From Octopus vulgaris (Eukaryota), in NCBI GenBank assembly GCA_951406725.2, contig OX597815.1, forward strand, positions 75,516,001 through 75,580,000: a stretch of DNA of 64,000 nucleotides. The letters run 5' to 3'. The translations under genes and the position numbers were made by a program. This document shows, piece by piece, positions 30,309-45,338 of the stretch. The notes beneath the pieces are model-generated. The model saw only the letters and a list, made by a program, of their open reading frames with translations, was not told the DNA's origin and made no database searches. Position 1 is the first letter of the stretch. Every line of letters begins with the position of its first letter.

Positions 30309-31467
30309 CATACACACTCATATGTATGTATACATATATGCATATATACGTACATACAAATAATGTATATATATATATATATAAACTTATATATATTTAT
30401 ATATATACGTTATTTGTATGTATGTATGTATACTTACACTCATAGAAATCGTATGTATATAAAGAAATATAGAACCAAATCAAGCAATAATCGTTTTCAA
30501 AATTAATGGATCAATAAGTTTATTCAAAATGAATTAAAAATTTATGGCTTTTCAGATTCAAAGGTCAAAATATTATTATATACTTGATATACTTTGCTTG
30601 ATATTATCAACCGGCTATTATTATCAAAAAGACTTCATTTTGAAGTTGTCACGATGATTGATTTTCCACTGCTTGTGTGTGTGTGTGTGCGCGCGCGCGT
30701 TGTGTGCGTGCGTGTCTACAGATTTATGCTTGTATGTATGTTTATAGAATGTCTTGTAAAATTTTACAAAATATATATTAAGTATATAAAATACATCTCG
30801 TACATACACACTCAAACATTCTCATACATGTGTGTGTGTGGGGGGGGGTATCTATTGAGAACAAATTTTCTAAGAATTCGAAATAGTCTCTGTTAGCTTT
30901 TTATCAAGAAAAGGATATAGCATGCACCGCTTTCTGAACTACTGCATACCTGAATTTGATTCTGAATGCCTCCTTACGAACTTGTCACAGGAATGCTTTC
31001 CTCAATATGCATGAATGTGTGTGTGTGTGTGCGCGCGCGCGCGTGCGTATCTGTGTGTGGGTGCGTTGTGTTGCATGCGCGCACATGTACATATATTCGT
31101 ATACTCAGTACAAATATCTCGTCTAGTCTAGCCTGGCCTAGTCTAGTGGTCGTTTGTGCAGGTGCTTGTGAACCTTTTCCAGCACTCTCTATACGACCAG
31201 TGAGGACCCGTACCCTATTCTGCCTCATTTGATTACTGAAAGAAACTTCGGCTACCATGACTTGAGATAGTGGAGTTGTGTCCCGTTGTCTTCTCCAAGC
31301 AGGTGGGGTTTAAACTCAGAATGTAGAGGACTACCAACGATTTTGCCACACTCTCACCAGTAGAGCAACGTGAAAATAAGTGTTTTGCTCAAGAACACAA
31401 TGCATCGCTAGTTCAACACCCTAACCACACAGCCATGAGCCATCATGTGAATATATATATATATATA

Positions 31468-31855
31468 TACATGAAATACAAAATGAGACAAGAACGCAAA
31501 ACATCCGGACAGCTAGGTGATACAAAAGGGGACAACAAAACATTCAGATAAACGATACAAAGAAAACAAGGACGGGTTATTTGAAGCCCTCTATCTTCAG
31601 TCAAACACCAGATTATCCTCACAATTTTGGCTGTTGTGTGTGTCTGTGTGTGTGTGTGACCACGTGTGTATCGTTGGCGATTTTCATTCTCCGTCTTCCC
31701 TTTGGACTTTTTCTATATTTCTGACGAAGAGCTCCGCTCGAAACGTGAAATCCTCTTTCCTTTCTTTCCTTTCCTGAGCGTCCAATAACACTGTACTTAT
31801 TCCACGCCCTCGCGTTGTTGTTTTTTCTTGCTTGTTCATGTTTGGATTGAGTATA
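31468..31855. mobile_element. Two TA-associated inserts back to back; the + one has a hammerhead-like core at 31721-31747
   Basis: attt-CTGACGA-a-gagc-tcc-gctc-GAAAC-GTG-aaat; the downstream cctgagcgt motif is shared with the 49589 family. Confidence 0.65.
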
Positions 31856-32020
31856 TATATATGCAAGATTCAAGAGAGATTTAACGAATGTTACGATCGA
31901 GAAGATGAATCACAATGACCTTAAAATAAGTACCAGGCTTGCAAAGAATAAGTTCAGGGGTCGATTTCTTCGACTAAAAAAAGGTACTCAGATGACTAAA
32001 ACAAGTAAAAGAATAAAAGA

Positions 32021-32053
<33 letters not shown>

Positions 32054-32117
32054 TGTATGTATGTATGTACGTACGCATGTGTGTATGTGTGTGTATTTCT
32101 GTCCCCCTCTCTCCCCG

Positions 32118-32162
<45 letters not shown>

Positions 32163-32552
32163 CTCTGTACGTCCATGTGTAGATATATCTCAAAATAATT
32201 GTGCAAGTATAAGCATGCACTCTCTGTCACCCACATCTATCTACATATCCATCTATCTATTGTCTGTCTTAGTGTTGCATCTACGGTACTATTAATATAC
32301 AATACATGCATACATACGCACATACACATAATCAGAATTACATATATGCACATAAACACAAACAAATATGCACACACACACACACACTCACTCATATATT
32401 GTCCGAATGAACCCTATTAACTCCAACCAACTCAGTAACACAACGTTACAAAATATGGTGAATGTCAACTCCATGTGACGCAAATACGACACACGCATGG
32501 TGCAAAGTGGCACTCGTATACTCAATTTCGTTGGTTTACATCTTTTTATGTT

Positions 32553-32745
32553 GGCGTGGCCATGATTGTATGGTTAAGAAGCTCGCTTTGCAACCACGTG
32601 GTTTCGGGTCCAGTTCCACTGCGCAAAAGAGACAGCATAATTATCAGATTTAAAAATAAGTACTGGTGTCGATTTGTTCGACAAAATTCTTTAAGTAGTA
32701 GCACCAGCATGGCCGCTCTCCAATGACTGGAACAAGTAAAAAAAA
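32553..32745 (+). mobile_element. SINE family B short (internally deleted) variant
   Basis: Head ..caaccacgtggtttcgggtccagttccactgcg joined to tail caccagcatggccgc..atgactggaacaagtaaa. Confidence 0.7.
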
Positions 32746-33541
32746 AATTTAAATAGATGTCAATATTTTATTTGAAAGAAAATATTTGTATTCTACCATA
32801 TATAACAACCACGAGCAAGCGCTTGTATAGAAGTAAATTAACCGTGGGATCGGTTCTGCCTCTTGGTTTCAATATCTTCTTGTCTCAGCAAGTTTTACAA
32901 ATTGTGTCACTTATAGATCTTAGCAATGACCGCAGCCTTTCTTCATAATTCCTGAGATCATTTTCTACATGAATGTTAATAGAGTCAAAAACTCTTAGAT
33001 ATGGTGCTAACAGCCATATTACAAATAATATTTAAAACACCCTAAAATAATTTACATTTAACACTGGCAGTATATCAAAGTCTTTCAACAAATAACACAA
33101 TAAATTAAATCAGCCCACAGTATCATACTATATTTATTTCATTAAGCTAAAAATTATGGATTTAAGGTAAAGTCGAGTCAGAATGTGAACTTAGATATGC
33201 TAAAGCACTCGTGAAAATGTAGTTAAATTAGCTTCGCAATGGAGTGCTTCTACGATCAACGCCCAATACGACGCTCTCTGCAACAGACTCAGGTTGAACC
33301 AATACTTTATTAATGGAGTTTGGTACATGGAAACTGTGCAGAAGCTCATTGTCTGTGCGAGCAAATGAAAGAAAGAGTCACTCGGCAAATTTATCTTCAG
33401 TACATGTACTAGTATTTTATAACAGTTTCATAACGGCTCTTCACACGAACTTAGTTTCTCGCCAAAGCCTGGGACTAGGTTCGTGCGATAAGCTCAAGAA
33501 GTTCGAAGTTGCATGGAAGCGAATTAAACTGTTATCAAAAA

Positions 33542-33601
<60 letters not shown>

Positions 33602-33728
33602 TACATACATGGATACATAGATAATATATACATCTATTTCTCTCTCTGACACTCTCCATTCATATATATATATATATATACATATATATATGTATGTATG
33701 TATATGTATATATATATATATATGTATG

Positions 33729-33793
<65 letters not shown>

Positions 33794-33797
33794 CATA

Positions 33798-33937
33798 CAG
33801 GCGCAGGAGTAGCTGTGTGGTAGGAAGCTTGCTTCTCAACCACATGCTTCCGGGCACCTTCGGCAAGTGTCTTCTACTATATCCGACCAAAGCCTTGTGA
33901 GTGAATTCGGTTGACGGAAAACTGGAAAAAGCTCGGC

Positions 33938-33989
<52 letters not shown>

Positions 33990-33990
33990 G

Positions 33991-34022
<32 letters not shown>

Positions 34023-34238
34023 TGTATGTATTTGTGTGTCTGTGTTTCTCTCTCCAGCATCACTTGACAACCGATGTTGGTGTATTTACGTCCCCGTAAC
34101 ATAGCGGTTCGGCAAAAGAGACCGATAGAATAAGTACTAGGCTTACAAAGAATAAGTCCTAGGGGCGATTTGTTCGACTAAAGGCGGTGCTCCAGAATGG
34201 CCGCAGTCAAATGACTGAAACAAGTAAAATAATAAAAG
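33798..34238 (+). mobile_element. SINE family B near full length with internal (TA)/(TATG) microsatellite
   Basis: aggcgcaggagtagctgtgtgg A-box head, CORE-like accttcggcaagtgtctt, tail ggcggtgctccagaatggccgcagtcaaatgactgaaacaagtaaa. Confidence 0.9.
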
Positions 34239-34519
34239 ATTATATATAGTATACTCATGCATTCATGCATGTTTACACACACACACACACACACAAATCA
34301 TACATATAATATATATAGGTGATTTATTTATACGGTAGTGCTCCAGCATGACAACAATTATATGGTTGAAACGAGTGAAAATATGCACACACTTGTGCGT
34401 ATGTATGTGTCCAACCAAGTATAAAGATAATGAATTTTACACGAAACATACATTATGAATGTTTAAATTTTAAATCTGATACACATACACACATATAAAT
34501 ACATAGATCCACATACGCT

Positions 34520-34560
<41 letters not shown>

Positions 34561-35077
34561 GTGTGTCTGTGCGCGCATATGTGTGTGTGTTTATTTCAAG
34601 CAAATGACACTTTACGTGTTAAGTGTTGACTTCTCTCTGACACTTCAAAAAATATTTGAAGGTGAAAACAAAAATTAGCCGAATGCAAAATTAAATCTTT
34701 AAAAACAAGCAAATAAATGAAATATATAAAATGCTAGAGTGCCAAATTCTTCACATGATGTGACGAAACATGACGGCATGACATAGCACGTGACTATTTC
34801 ATTAATTGCATATGCAAGACGGCGCCCTGCAGCACAGGTGCATTCAACAGGGAAGCGAGACATCAACTTCTTCATTCCTACTACCATACCCCTCGTTGGA
34901 CAAGTTCTAATTCACTGACGTCACTAATGTGTTTTTAGAAAAGCATAACTGTCACACAACTGTTGTTTCATTATTTTTTTTTTTTTTTGTATTTGTTCAT
35001 ACTTCTGCTTGGGCGGATCTAACATAGCTCTAAACAAGGACATTAACCTAAAATATATGTGTTCGTGTGTGCATATG

Positions 35078-35139
<62 letters not shown>

Positions 35140-35157
35140 CACATATATATATACATA

Positions 35158-35193
<36 letters not shown>

Positions 35194-35240
35194 TGCATGT
35201 ATCTATATGTATGCATTCATATTTATATTTATATAAATAT

Positions 35241-35271
<31 letters not shown>

Positions 35272-35324
35272 GCATATACATATACGTGTATATATGTGTG
35301 TGTGTTTACATATATATGTATATA

Positions 35325-35377
<53 letters not shown>

Positions 35378-35378
35378 A

Positions 35379-35745
35379 TTCTTTTATCCCTTTACTTGTT
35401 TCAATGATTTGACTGCGCCCATGCTGAAGCACCGCCTTGAAGAGTTTTGCCAAACCGTTATGTATGCGGGAACGTAAACACACCAACATCAGTTATCAAG
35501 CGGTGATGGCGGGAAAAAGGAAGATGCAAACAAACACACGCACACGCACACGCTTACGATGGGTTTTTTCAGTTTCTGTCTACTAAATCCACTCACAGGG
35601 TTTTGGTCGGTCCGAGGCTATAATAGAAGACACTTGCCGAAGGTGCCACGCTATGGGACTGAAGCCGGAACCATGTGGCTCGGAAACAAGCGGTGTTCCA
35701 ACACGGCTGCAGCCAAAGGACTGAAACAAGTAAAAGAATATAAGA
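35379..35745 (-). mobile_element. SINE family B copy (-) fused to a + strand tail fragment (35690-35745)
   Basis: Matches family consensus by eye. Confidence 0.75.
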
Positions 35746-35886
35746 ATAATAACAAAAATGCTATAGAGGAGAATAAAACACTCGGACAGACAGAAGATAC
35801 AAAGGCGGACAGGAGAAAAAGAAGTTGGGGCATTCGTGGCCTTCTTTCATCAGTCAATTTTACCAGAAGTCCTTACTTTTTCGAGT

Positions 35887-35952
<66 letters not shown>

Positions 35953-36184
35953 GATATGTGTATATGTATATGTGTATATGCATATATGTATATGTGTATG
36001 TATATATGTATATGTATATTTGTATATGTGTATATGTATATATGTATATGTATGTATATGTATGTATATGTATATATGCATATGTATATATGTATATATA
36101 TATATGTGTATGTGTAAATATATATATGTGTGTATGTATGTGTAGATATATATATATATATGTATGTGTAGATATATATATGCA

Positions 36185-36233
<49 letters not shown>

Positions 36234-36418
36234 ATATATATATGTATATATATGTATGTGTATTTATATATCTATATGTATGTGTAGATATATATATATA
36301 TATATGTATGTATATATATGTATAGATATGAATATATTTATTTGTATATGTATATATATATATCTATATATACACATATATACATGCAGGCACATATACA
36401 CACACACATATATACATA

Positions 36419-37688
36419 TAGGGGTTTGGTCAAAATAATGGAAACACCATAAAATTTCAAAACAAAGTTATTTTAATATAGAGTAGGACCGCCTTTGGCA
36501 GTAATTACAGCCTGAATTCTACGAGGTATGGACTCGTACAAAGTTTGAATTGTTTCCAAAGGAATTTTTGGCCATTCTTCAGCTAAAATATTCTTCAGTT
36601 CTTTTAGTGGTGATGGTGGTGGCTAGCGATTCCTTACTTGTTTTTTCTAAAACGCACCATAAATGTTCAATCATATTGAGATCTGAGGGTTGTGGTGGCT
36701 TGATAAGATGTTCATCTTCACTAGAATGTTCTTCGTACCATTCAGTAACAACTTTAGCTGTGTGAATTGGCGCATTATCATCCTGAAAGATTGCGTTTCA
36801 CTCCGGAAACAGTTCCGCAACCATAGGATGAATTTGATCAGATAAAATGTTTGAATAGTCTTGACTATTAATTCTGCATGAAGCAAAATCATTGCGCCGG
36901 CGGATTTCCAAGATTTACCCCCTCCCCAGATCATCACAGATCTTCGTCCATGTTTAACAGTTGGAAGAAGGCAGTCTAGGTCAAATGCTTCTTTTGGCTG
37001 TCTCCACACGTATACTCGGAAATGAGGTAAAGGATAACTCGTCCGAGGAAATAACATTCTTCCACTGCTCTAGGGACGAATTCTGTAGGTTTTTACTCCA
37101 CTCTAAACGCTTTGCAATGTTTGTTTTTAAAAGTAGTGGTTTTCTGATTGCAGCCCTCCCGTGAAATTCGGCTTTGTTCAGCTTCTGGCGGACAGTTTTT
37201 GTGGAAACTGGGTTCTCGAGGTGGTCATTAAGCTCTGAAGTAATTTGGGGAGCTGTACTTTTGTGTTTCTTTCTAATAATTCGCATAAGAGTCCGACGGT
37301 CCTTATCTGAAAGATTTGGATTTCTTTTGGAGTTTTGTTTCGACGAGGAGGTTTTTCCCTCTTTCTCAAAGGCTGTCATTACTTTCGGGACAGTACTTCT
37401 TGATACACCAAACGTTTCGGCTGTTTTTCATTACGCTGGAGCGCCTGCCATACGAGCACCAACAATTTGACCTGTTTGAAAGTCCGATAGATCTGTCATT
37501 TTAATGAATTTTAATTACCTTTTTAAAGATGATATCTGAAGAGAAACAGCAATTTTAGTGAAACATATTAAGCAACACTAATAATAAATCAAAATCCATA
37601 AAAATAAACAAGCTTTTGACGGTTTTATAGATATTTCAAAATTATGATGCTATAATGCTATGTGTTTCCGTAATTTTGTCCAACCCTG
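36419..37688 (-). mobile_element. Full-length Tc1-like DNA transposon with frameshifted DD34E-type transposase (pseudogene)
   Basis: TIRs ggggtttggtcaaaataatggaaacac / gtgtttccgtaattttgtccaaccctg-TA; minus frames give FGVSRSTV..KTVRQKL..GRAAIRKPLL..WKNVISSDE, TVKHGRRSVMIWG and FQDDNAPIHTAK..PPQPSDLNMIEHLW. Confidence 0.95.
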
Positions 37689-37776
<88 letters not shown>

Positions 37777-37959
37777 GGATATACTTTGTACCCAGAAATG
37801 TTAAAAAGTGACTTGAGACCCGACAGTTTCGTACACGTCAATGCCAGAATTTTGATAAAAAGTTTTCGGCTTTTGAATCTACGTTTTTTTTTTTCTGTTA
37901 CTCACACACAAAAGAACACAAATACATACACACACGCACGTACACACTGACACACACAT

Positions 37960-37993
<34 letters not shown>

Positions 37994-38204
37994 GCATGTG
38001 TTAAGTGTTTGTGCTTATGCATCCGAATGACATGAAATATGAATGAATATTAAAAAATGCATCTGCTTAGTTCTAACCCCTTCTAATTACGCTAAGCCTT
38101 CTGATATTCTCACCAGCCAACCATCGAGGAAAATGCCTGTAAATAGAAATATTAAGCGAGAAAATATTTTTATGATATAGATATTATTTAGTATTCTTAA
38201 TCAT

Positions 38205-38600
38205 AGACGCAGGCGCGGTTGTGTGATAAGTAACTTGCTTCCCAACCATATGGTTTCGGGTTCACTCACACTGCGTAGCACCTTGGGCACGTGCCTTCTG
38301 CTATAGCCGATCAAATGCTTGTGAATGGATTTGGTAGACAGAAACAGAAAGAAACACGTCGTATATATATATATGTATATCTATATATATATTTTGTGTG
38401 TGTGTGTGTGTGTGTGTGTTTGTCCCCCACCATCGCTTGGAGTATTTTTGTCATCAGGACTTAGCGGCTCAGCGAAAGAAACGGTAGAATAAGTACGAGG
38501 CTTACAAAGAGTAAGTCCTGGGGTCGATTTGTTCGATTAAAGGCGGTGCTCTAGCATGGCCGCAATCAAATGAGTGAAACACGTAAGAGAATAAAAGAAT
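38205..38600 (+). mobile_element. SINE family B full-length copy
   Basis: Head, internal microsatellite and tail as in 33798-34238. Confidence 0.9.
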
Positions 38601-38733
38601 ACCCAACTAAAGTTCACTGAATATTAGCTCTATGGTGTAAATAAGGGGGATTTTTTTAAATTTTAAGGAAAGATCTTCCAAAAATCTTTAATTTTTTTCA
38701 TATTTTTGTTATCTATTAGCCTCCCAATTCTTA

Positions 38734-38791
<58 letters not shown>

Positions 38792-39283
38792 TACGAATCC
38801 CTTTACAAAACACTAAAAATATTATTAAATATATTTTAAACATGTCCTTTCAAACCTTTTATTATTATTATTATCTACTTGGGTTTTTACTACGGCAGTT
38901 CTTCGCCTGAAGGATTGTTTGGTGTTTTTGCAAAACCATTTTACCTAATATCAACATACGCAACTGCTAATTTATGTGTCCATCTGTCACACACTTAAAA
39001 TATAAGACTGTATGCGTGTAGTTAATTTAGATAGTTTGGTCTGTTTATCTGATAGAGAAAATATACACTGATCTTCTCGGACAATTTTAATCGAAATGAA
39101 ATCTAAAAAATGAATGGCGTAAAAAGATTGCTGTTGACTATCGATGAGTGTAATATCCAGTACTATCTCATTGAATATTATTTATATTTACATGTTTACA
39201 TAATGTATAGATAGGTAGATAGATAGATATGTATATGTCTGTGTATCTGTATATATGTATATATATGGGTGTGTGTATGTGTA

Positions 39284-39325
<42 letters not shown>

Positions 39326-39440
39326 CAAATACGCACCCACACATACTCACAAAAATTTATATATAATTATATATCAATATATTTAAAAGTTTATAATGCA
39401 TATGTATAGTACACAAGCAGATAATAATATATTGAAATGC

Positions 39441-39525
<85 letters not shown>

Positions 39526-39565
39526 ATATATCTATCTATGTATATATATATATATATAATATATA

Positions 39566-39644
<79 letters not shown>

Positions 39645-39777
39645 AAATTAGCTAGTAGAGAAAATCTCTAAGAGTTGAGAGTAGTAACTATAGAGAGAAG
39701 TAACAATCTCCTGGGCTTAGACATAGCAGTATCGCTGGTTCATATAGAACAGCCAAGTTTAAGTGGCGATAGACGTT

Positions 39778-39851
<74 letters not shown>

Positions 39852-39872
39852 AATAAATAAATAAATAAATAA

Positions 39873-39907
<35 letters not shown>

Positions 39908-41382
39908 TAAATATATCTCTGAGACTATCAAAATACTTCTTAAGCTCCAGGTAATCCAAAGGCACGATCAGAAATCCAAATCCATCACCAATCGACTTAG
40001 TAAATCCATGGTTACATTATCAAGTTTGTATGACATGTTTTCACTGAGTGATTTACAAGAAAAAGCGTTAAAAAATGGGCTTCATACACTTGATTATAAG
40101 TGCGTTGTAGACTTACACCTGTTTCTGATATACAATTTTATATACAATCCGTCTAATGATCCATTGAAGAAAGTAGACGACGGTTATAAATGTTATCGTC
40201 TTTAGAGTTTCAGTACAAAGTAATGAAAACAAAGTAATAAGAATATGGAAAGAGATAGCATTTATAACATTCGTTCACATTTTTTCAATCTATCTATCGA
40301 CCAGTTCAGTAAACGGAACCATGAACGTACCTAAAATGAACGTCAAAAACAGCTGTAAGTCTACAATGCTCAAATAAATAAATGTATAAAGTATTATTTA
40401 TGCCGTTTCTGATATATGTTACACCAGAGGATAAATCTGTCGGTTTGTAACCGATACAGTATGTGTAGGCAGGAGTAAACAAACGGCTTGCCGTCCATAA
40501 GATCATCAGGGTCATTTTCAATCCTTATATTCAGATCTCATGCGCAGTGAAGCACCTTCTTTAATTTTTCACTAAGATATTGCTTCTAAAGCCCCCATTT
40601 CTAAGGATTTCATCCAATGGGATAGACGGATTTGCACAACTAAGGCATCCATACTAGCAAGATCTAAATACATTAAAAGTGCGTGAGTAAAGTGTATAAT
40701 TTAGAGATGTTTCGACAACACTCTATGTTGATGGACATAAACAACCTGATATTCTTACATAACATTAATGAAGTGAAAACAAGACGGATGATCCGGACTG
40801 GTTTCATTCCTATATTGGAATTTCACCAAGAACCGATTAATCGCTTTAGATTTACGCGTACACATAAACATTCGCACGTGTGTGCAAACAAAACATATAA
40901 TCTCCTAAAAATTTTCTAAGATACAAACCATATACCATACAGTATATAAATCAGAGAAAATAAGGTTTAAATTTGAGAAAGGTCCAACCTACATTTACTG
41001 GCAGAAATATAATAGTAATTTGCGAGAGTGTCTCCCTGTCACAGCATTCTGACGACAGGAACTAAACAGAAATTTGAAGTCACTGTGAATCGTTCCCTTG
41101 TAAAATGAAAATATATACGTGAAAGTATTTCTGACACAAAGGCGCGAGCCGTCCTCCACAACAGCACCCACCACATTTATATAAGTGTAAAAATAACGCG
41201 TTTGCGTGTGTGTGTATATATATATAAATGTATGTGTGAGTGTATATATGCATAGAGAGAAGGACGAGATGGACGCTTCATTTTTATGCTGTTGCCGCAT
41301 TATGTCGTACGCGAATGAGAAGATTTGCATCCCCAACGTAGAATTTTTGATGTAATACATGTCCTTGAGGTAGTAATTGTGC

Positions 41383-41460
41383 GCGGCTGAAGAAGGCCAT
41401 AGACACACATTATGCATTGTTATAAATCCGTCTAATAAAGGCCCGAAACATATGTACCGC
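41383..41460 (+). ncRNA. Minimal type-I hammerhead ribozyme fold about 65 nt upstream of (TA)n
   Basis: gcgg-CTGAAGA(41387-93)-a-ggcc-a-tagac..gtcta..ggcc-c-GAAAC(41445-49)-ATAT-GTA-ccgc; palindromic stem III ACATATGT. Confidence 0.75.
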
Positions 41461-41520
41461 TGAATCCTTGGCATCATGTTTTTATTTTGATTAAATACAA
41501 TTATCAAGTACTCACCCTGA

Positions 41521-41573
<53 letters not shown>

Positions 41574-41626
41574 CTATGCATATATATATGCCTATATATA
41601 TGTATATACATATATGTATGTGTATA

Positions 41627-41658
<32 letters not shown>

Positions 41659-41663
41659 GATAT

Positions 41664-41722
<59 letters not shown>

Positions 41723-42035
41723 TATGTATACATATGTATGTATGTATATGTGTGTATATATGTATGTATCTGCGATCAATTGGTTGAACGGTGCCGAGTT
41801 TTACACTTCCGTACATGATGATGATGATGATATATAAGCTCTCGACGGCAAAAAGCAAGGTTTGCGTACGGCAAACCCTACGGTTTTCTGTCGCGGGATT
41901 ATATACCCCAATATTAGACTATTTATCTTAGTGCACGGTGATCGCTTATAAGCTTTAAGCTTCTAAACATTATTATTATTATTTACAGAAGATATAAATA
42001 TATATATATACATGTATGCATATATGCTTCTGACA

Positions 42036-42066
<31 letters not shown>

Positions 42067-42080
42067 CATATATGCTTCAG

Positions 42081-42137
<57 letters not shown>

Positions 42138-42296
42138 GTATTTATATATATATATGTATATATATACATATGTATTTGTATATATATGTACATGTATATA
42201 TGTATATATATTTATATATATATGTATATATGTATTTATATATATGTATATATTTATATATATATATGTTTATATGTATTTATATATGTATATATG

Positions 42297-42351
<55 letters not shown>

Positions 42352-42392
42352 TTATAAATATATGTAATTATCTATATATATGTATATATGCA

Positions 42393-42438
<46 letters not shown>

Positions 42439-42591
42439 CATATATGTATATATTTATAAATATATGTATTTATCTATATATATATGTATATATGCATATA
42501 TGTGTATATATATATATATATGTATATATAGATATGAATGTATATATATGTATATATACATATATTATATATCTATACATATGGGTGTATC

Positions 42592-42631
<40 letters not shown>

Positions 42632-42732
42632 GTTTTATATGTACCGCTGTTATATATGTTTATATGTTTATATATATATATATATATATATGCATAGGTG
42701 CTCCCATGGCCACTCGTGACCGACGGAGTCGA

Positions 42733-42786
<54 letters not shown>

Positions 42787-43222
42787 TGATATATTCTATC
42801 TATTAGAATGTAAGCGGAAAATTTTTTTAAAAGCTGACAGAATTTTCCTTCAATTACTTAATTATGATACCAAAACAAATAGGTTTATTAACTTTTGATC
42901 AAAACTTTATAGAAAATTTTCAGCATGTGTTACGTCTCTATCCCAACAAATGATAATAGCTAACTTGAAAAATAAACGAACAGAAGAGCGGAGTCCAACA
43001 GGAATGAAAATCGAATTGTATAAAAAAAAAAAGATAAAATTATAAAATTATAGATAAAATTAAATTTTACACTCTTTTAACACATTAAACATGTCCGTTT
43101 TTAGAGACCGTTTTGAAAGAATTGTCCGATTTCACTGAAATAGATAGTTAATTCTGTATGTGCTTATACGCAATTTATGTGTGTGTGTGTGTGCATATAT
43201 ATGCACATGTATAAATAGATAA

Positions 43223-43322
<100 letters not shown>

Positions 43323-43506
43323 CACATAAATTTCTATCAATGTCAAAATTTGTGAGTCTGCTCAGATTTTCGCAATGATCTGTTCAAAACCAAGTAAACA
43401 GTCATAATAGCCATAATAGCCAGATACAGCTTGAACTACGTAAAATATATAATTAAGGGATTTTAAATTTCTGTTACGATATACACAAACATCTCTCTCT
43501 CTCTCT

Positions 43507-43713
<207 letters not shown>

Positions 43714-44047
43714 ATATATTTACCCTTATATATGTGCATATATATATACGTATATATATATGTGTGTGTGTGTGTTTGTGTGTATGTGTGTGTGTATGTA
43801 TACATACATGAATACACACACACATATGTACGTACATATGCCGATAAATGTATGCATGTGTATGCTAGTGTACATATATGTATGTGTACAGACATGTACA
43901 GAATCATGTGAGTATAGTGGGTGTGGGTGTGGGCGTGTACATACAAGAGGTTGCCGAAAAGTTTTTAGGGTATTGCGAAAGTCTTGGCAGGAGGCCCTAA
44001 CTTCCGATTTCTTTTACCAGGCTTAGAAAAACTGAATCTATGATTGC

Positions 44048-44100
<53 letters not shown>

Positions 44101-44365
44101 ATATATGTATATATATATATATATATATGCATGTATTTGTGTAAATGTGTATGTATATATATGTATATGTATATATATGTGTATATATATATATATATGT
44201 ATATGTTTTTATGTATATATATATGTATATATACTTATATGTGTATATATATATATGTATCAATATATATATATACGTATGAATATAGATATATGTATGA
44301 CCATATATATATGTATGTGTATATATGTATGTATGTATATATGTATGTATATATATATGTGTATG

Positions 44366-44398
<33 letters not shown>

Positions 44399-44399
44399 G

Positions 44400-44446
<47 letters not shown>

Positions 44447-44585
44447 TATATGAGTTCAGCAAAAATTTTGATTCAGATGGATATGATACTTAAGTTGATG
44501 CACCAGAATTTAATACGTTATTACCCATACAACGTCAAAATAAGGTGATTAGAATCAAAATAAGCAACAAGATCTCCAGAGGTAA

Positions 44586-44671
44586 TGCAGTGCGATCGTT
44601 TCACGCAACTCCATTTAAATGAACAATGCAACCATTACATCAATTTAAATGCAGAGCAATCCTCAGCTGCA
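44586..44671 (-). ncRNA. Degenerate type-I hammerhead fold within a TA-flanked insert (about 44446-44770)
   Basis: Minus: tgcag-CTGAGGA-long stem II (ctctgcatttaaat/atttaaatggag)-GAAAC-GATC-GCA-ctgca; triplet GCA instead of GUH. Confidence 0.65.
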
Positions 44672-44796
44672 CAAAAATATAGAATTTAATTAAATTAAAA
44701 CAAATGGACGCATTAGTATAATTTTGCCTAAAATCTCCAAGAAGTTAAGGAGAAGTCAAAGAACATTGTTGCCCTTCCTTCCACTTAGATGCTACT

Positions 44797-45035
44797 AGTA
44801 TAGGAATAACTGAGCTTTCTGACATTTTCTCGTGTGTGTAGCTAAGGAATCCTTAGCTACACACAAGAGACAATGTAAGAAAGGTCAGTTATTCCTCTAT
44901 ACTACCAAACAAGAAGTCCCGTTCTGATTACTTTCTCAAATACTTTCTTGTAAACTGTTTTTAACATTTTCTTATTAATGTCAAAGAATGTATTTCTAAA
45001 CCTCTTTAAAATTGCATTTTCAAACCTTCTTTCAT
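44797..45035 (+). mobile_element. About 55-bp-arm palindrome plus tail ending in the same terminus as the arms of the 29197 element
   Basis: ggaataactgagctttct..gtgtgtagctaagga-a-tccttagctacacac..agaaaggtcagttattcc; ends tttaaaattgcattttcaaaccttctttc, as at 29884-29912. Confidence 0.7.
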
Positions 45036-45058
45036 ATGTATGTATGTATATATATATG

Positions 45059-45101
<43 letters not shown>

Positions 45102-45296
45102 TTATAATTTATATTTGTATGTATGTATAAATATATATGTATTTATATATGTATGTATAAATACATATGTATTTGTATATGTATGTATAAATATATATAG
45201 TTATATATGTATGTATAAATATATATATGTATATATATATACATATATATATATATAGATGTGTGTGTGTGTATATATATCTGTATATATGTAAAC

Positions 45297-45338
<42 letters not shown>

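Noticed and set aside
41048-41075. CTGACGA..GAAA spacing
   Set aside because: No stem II or stem I pairing
41366-41388. let-7-like start TGAGGTAGTA
   Set aside because: It diverges from let-7 after 10 nt, lacks a good star arm and overlaps the hammerhead, which explains the local structure
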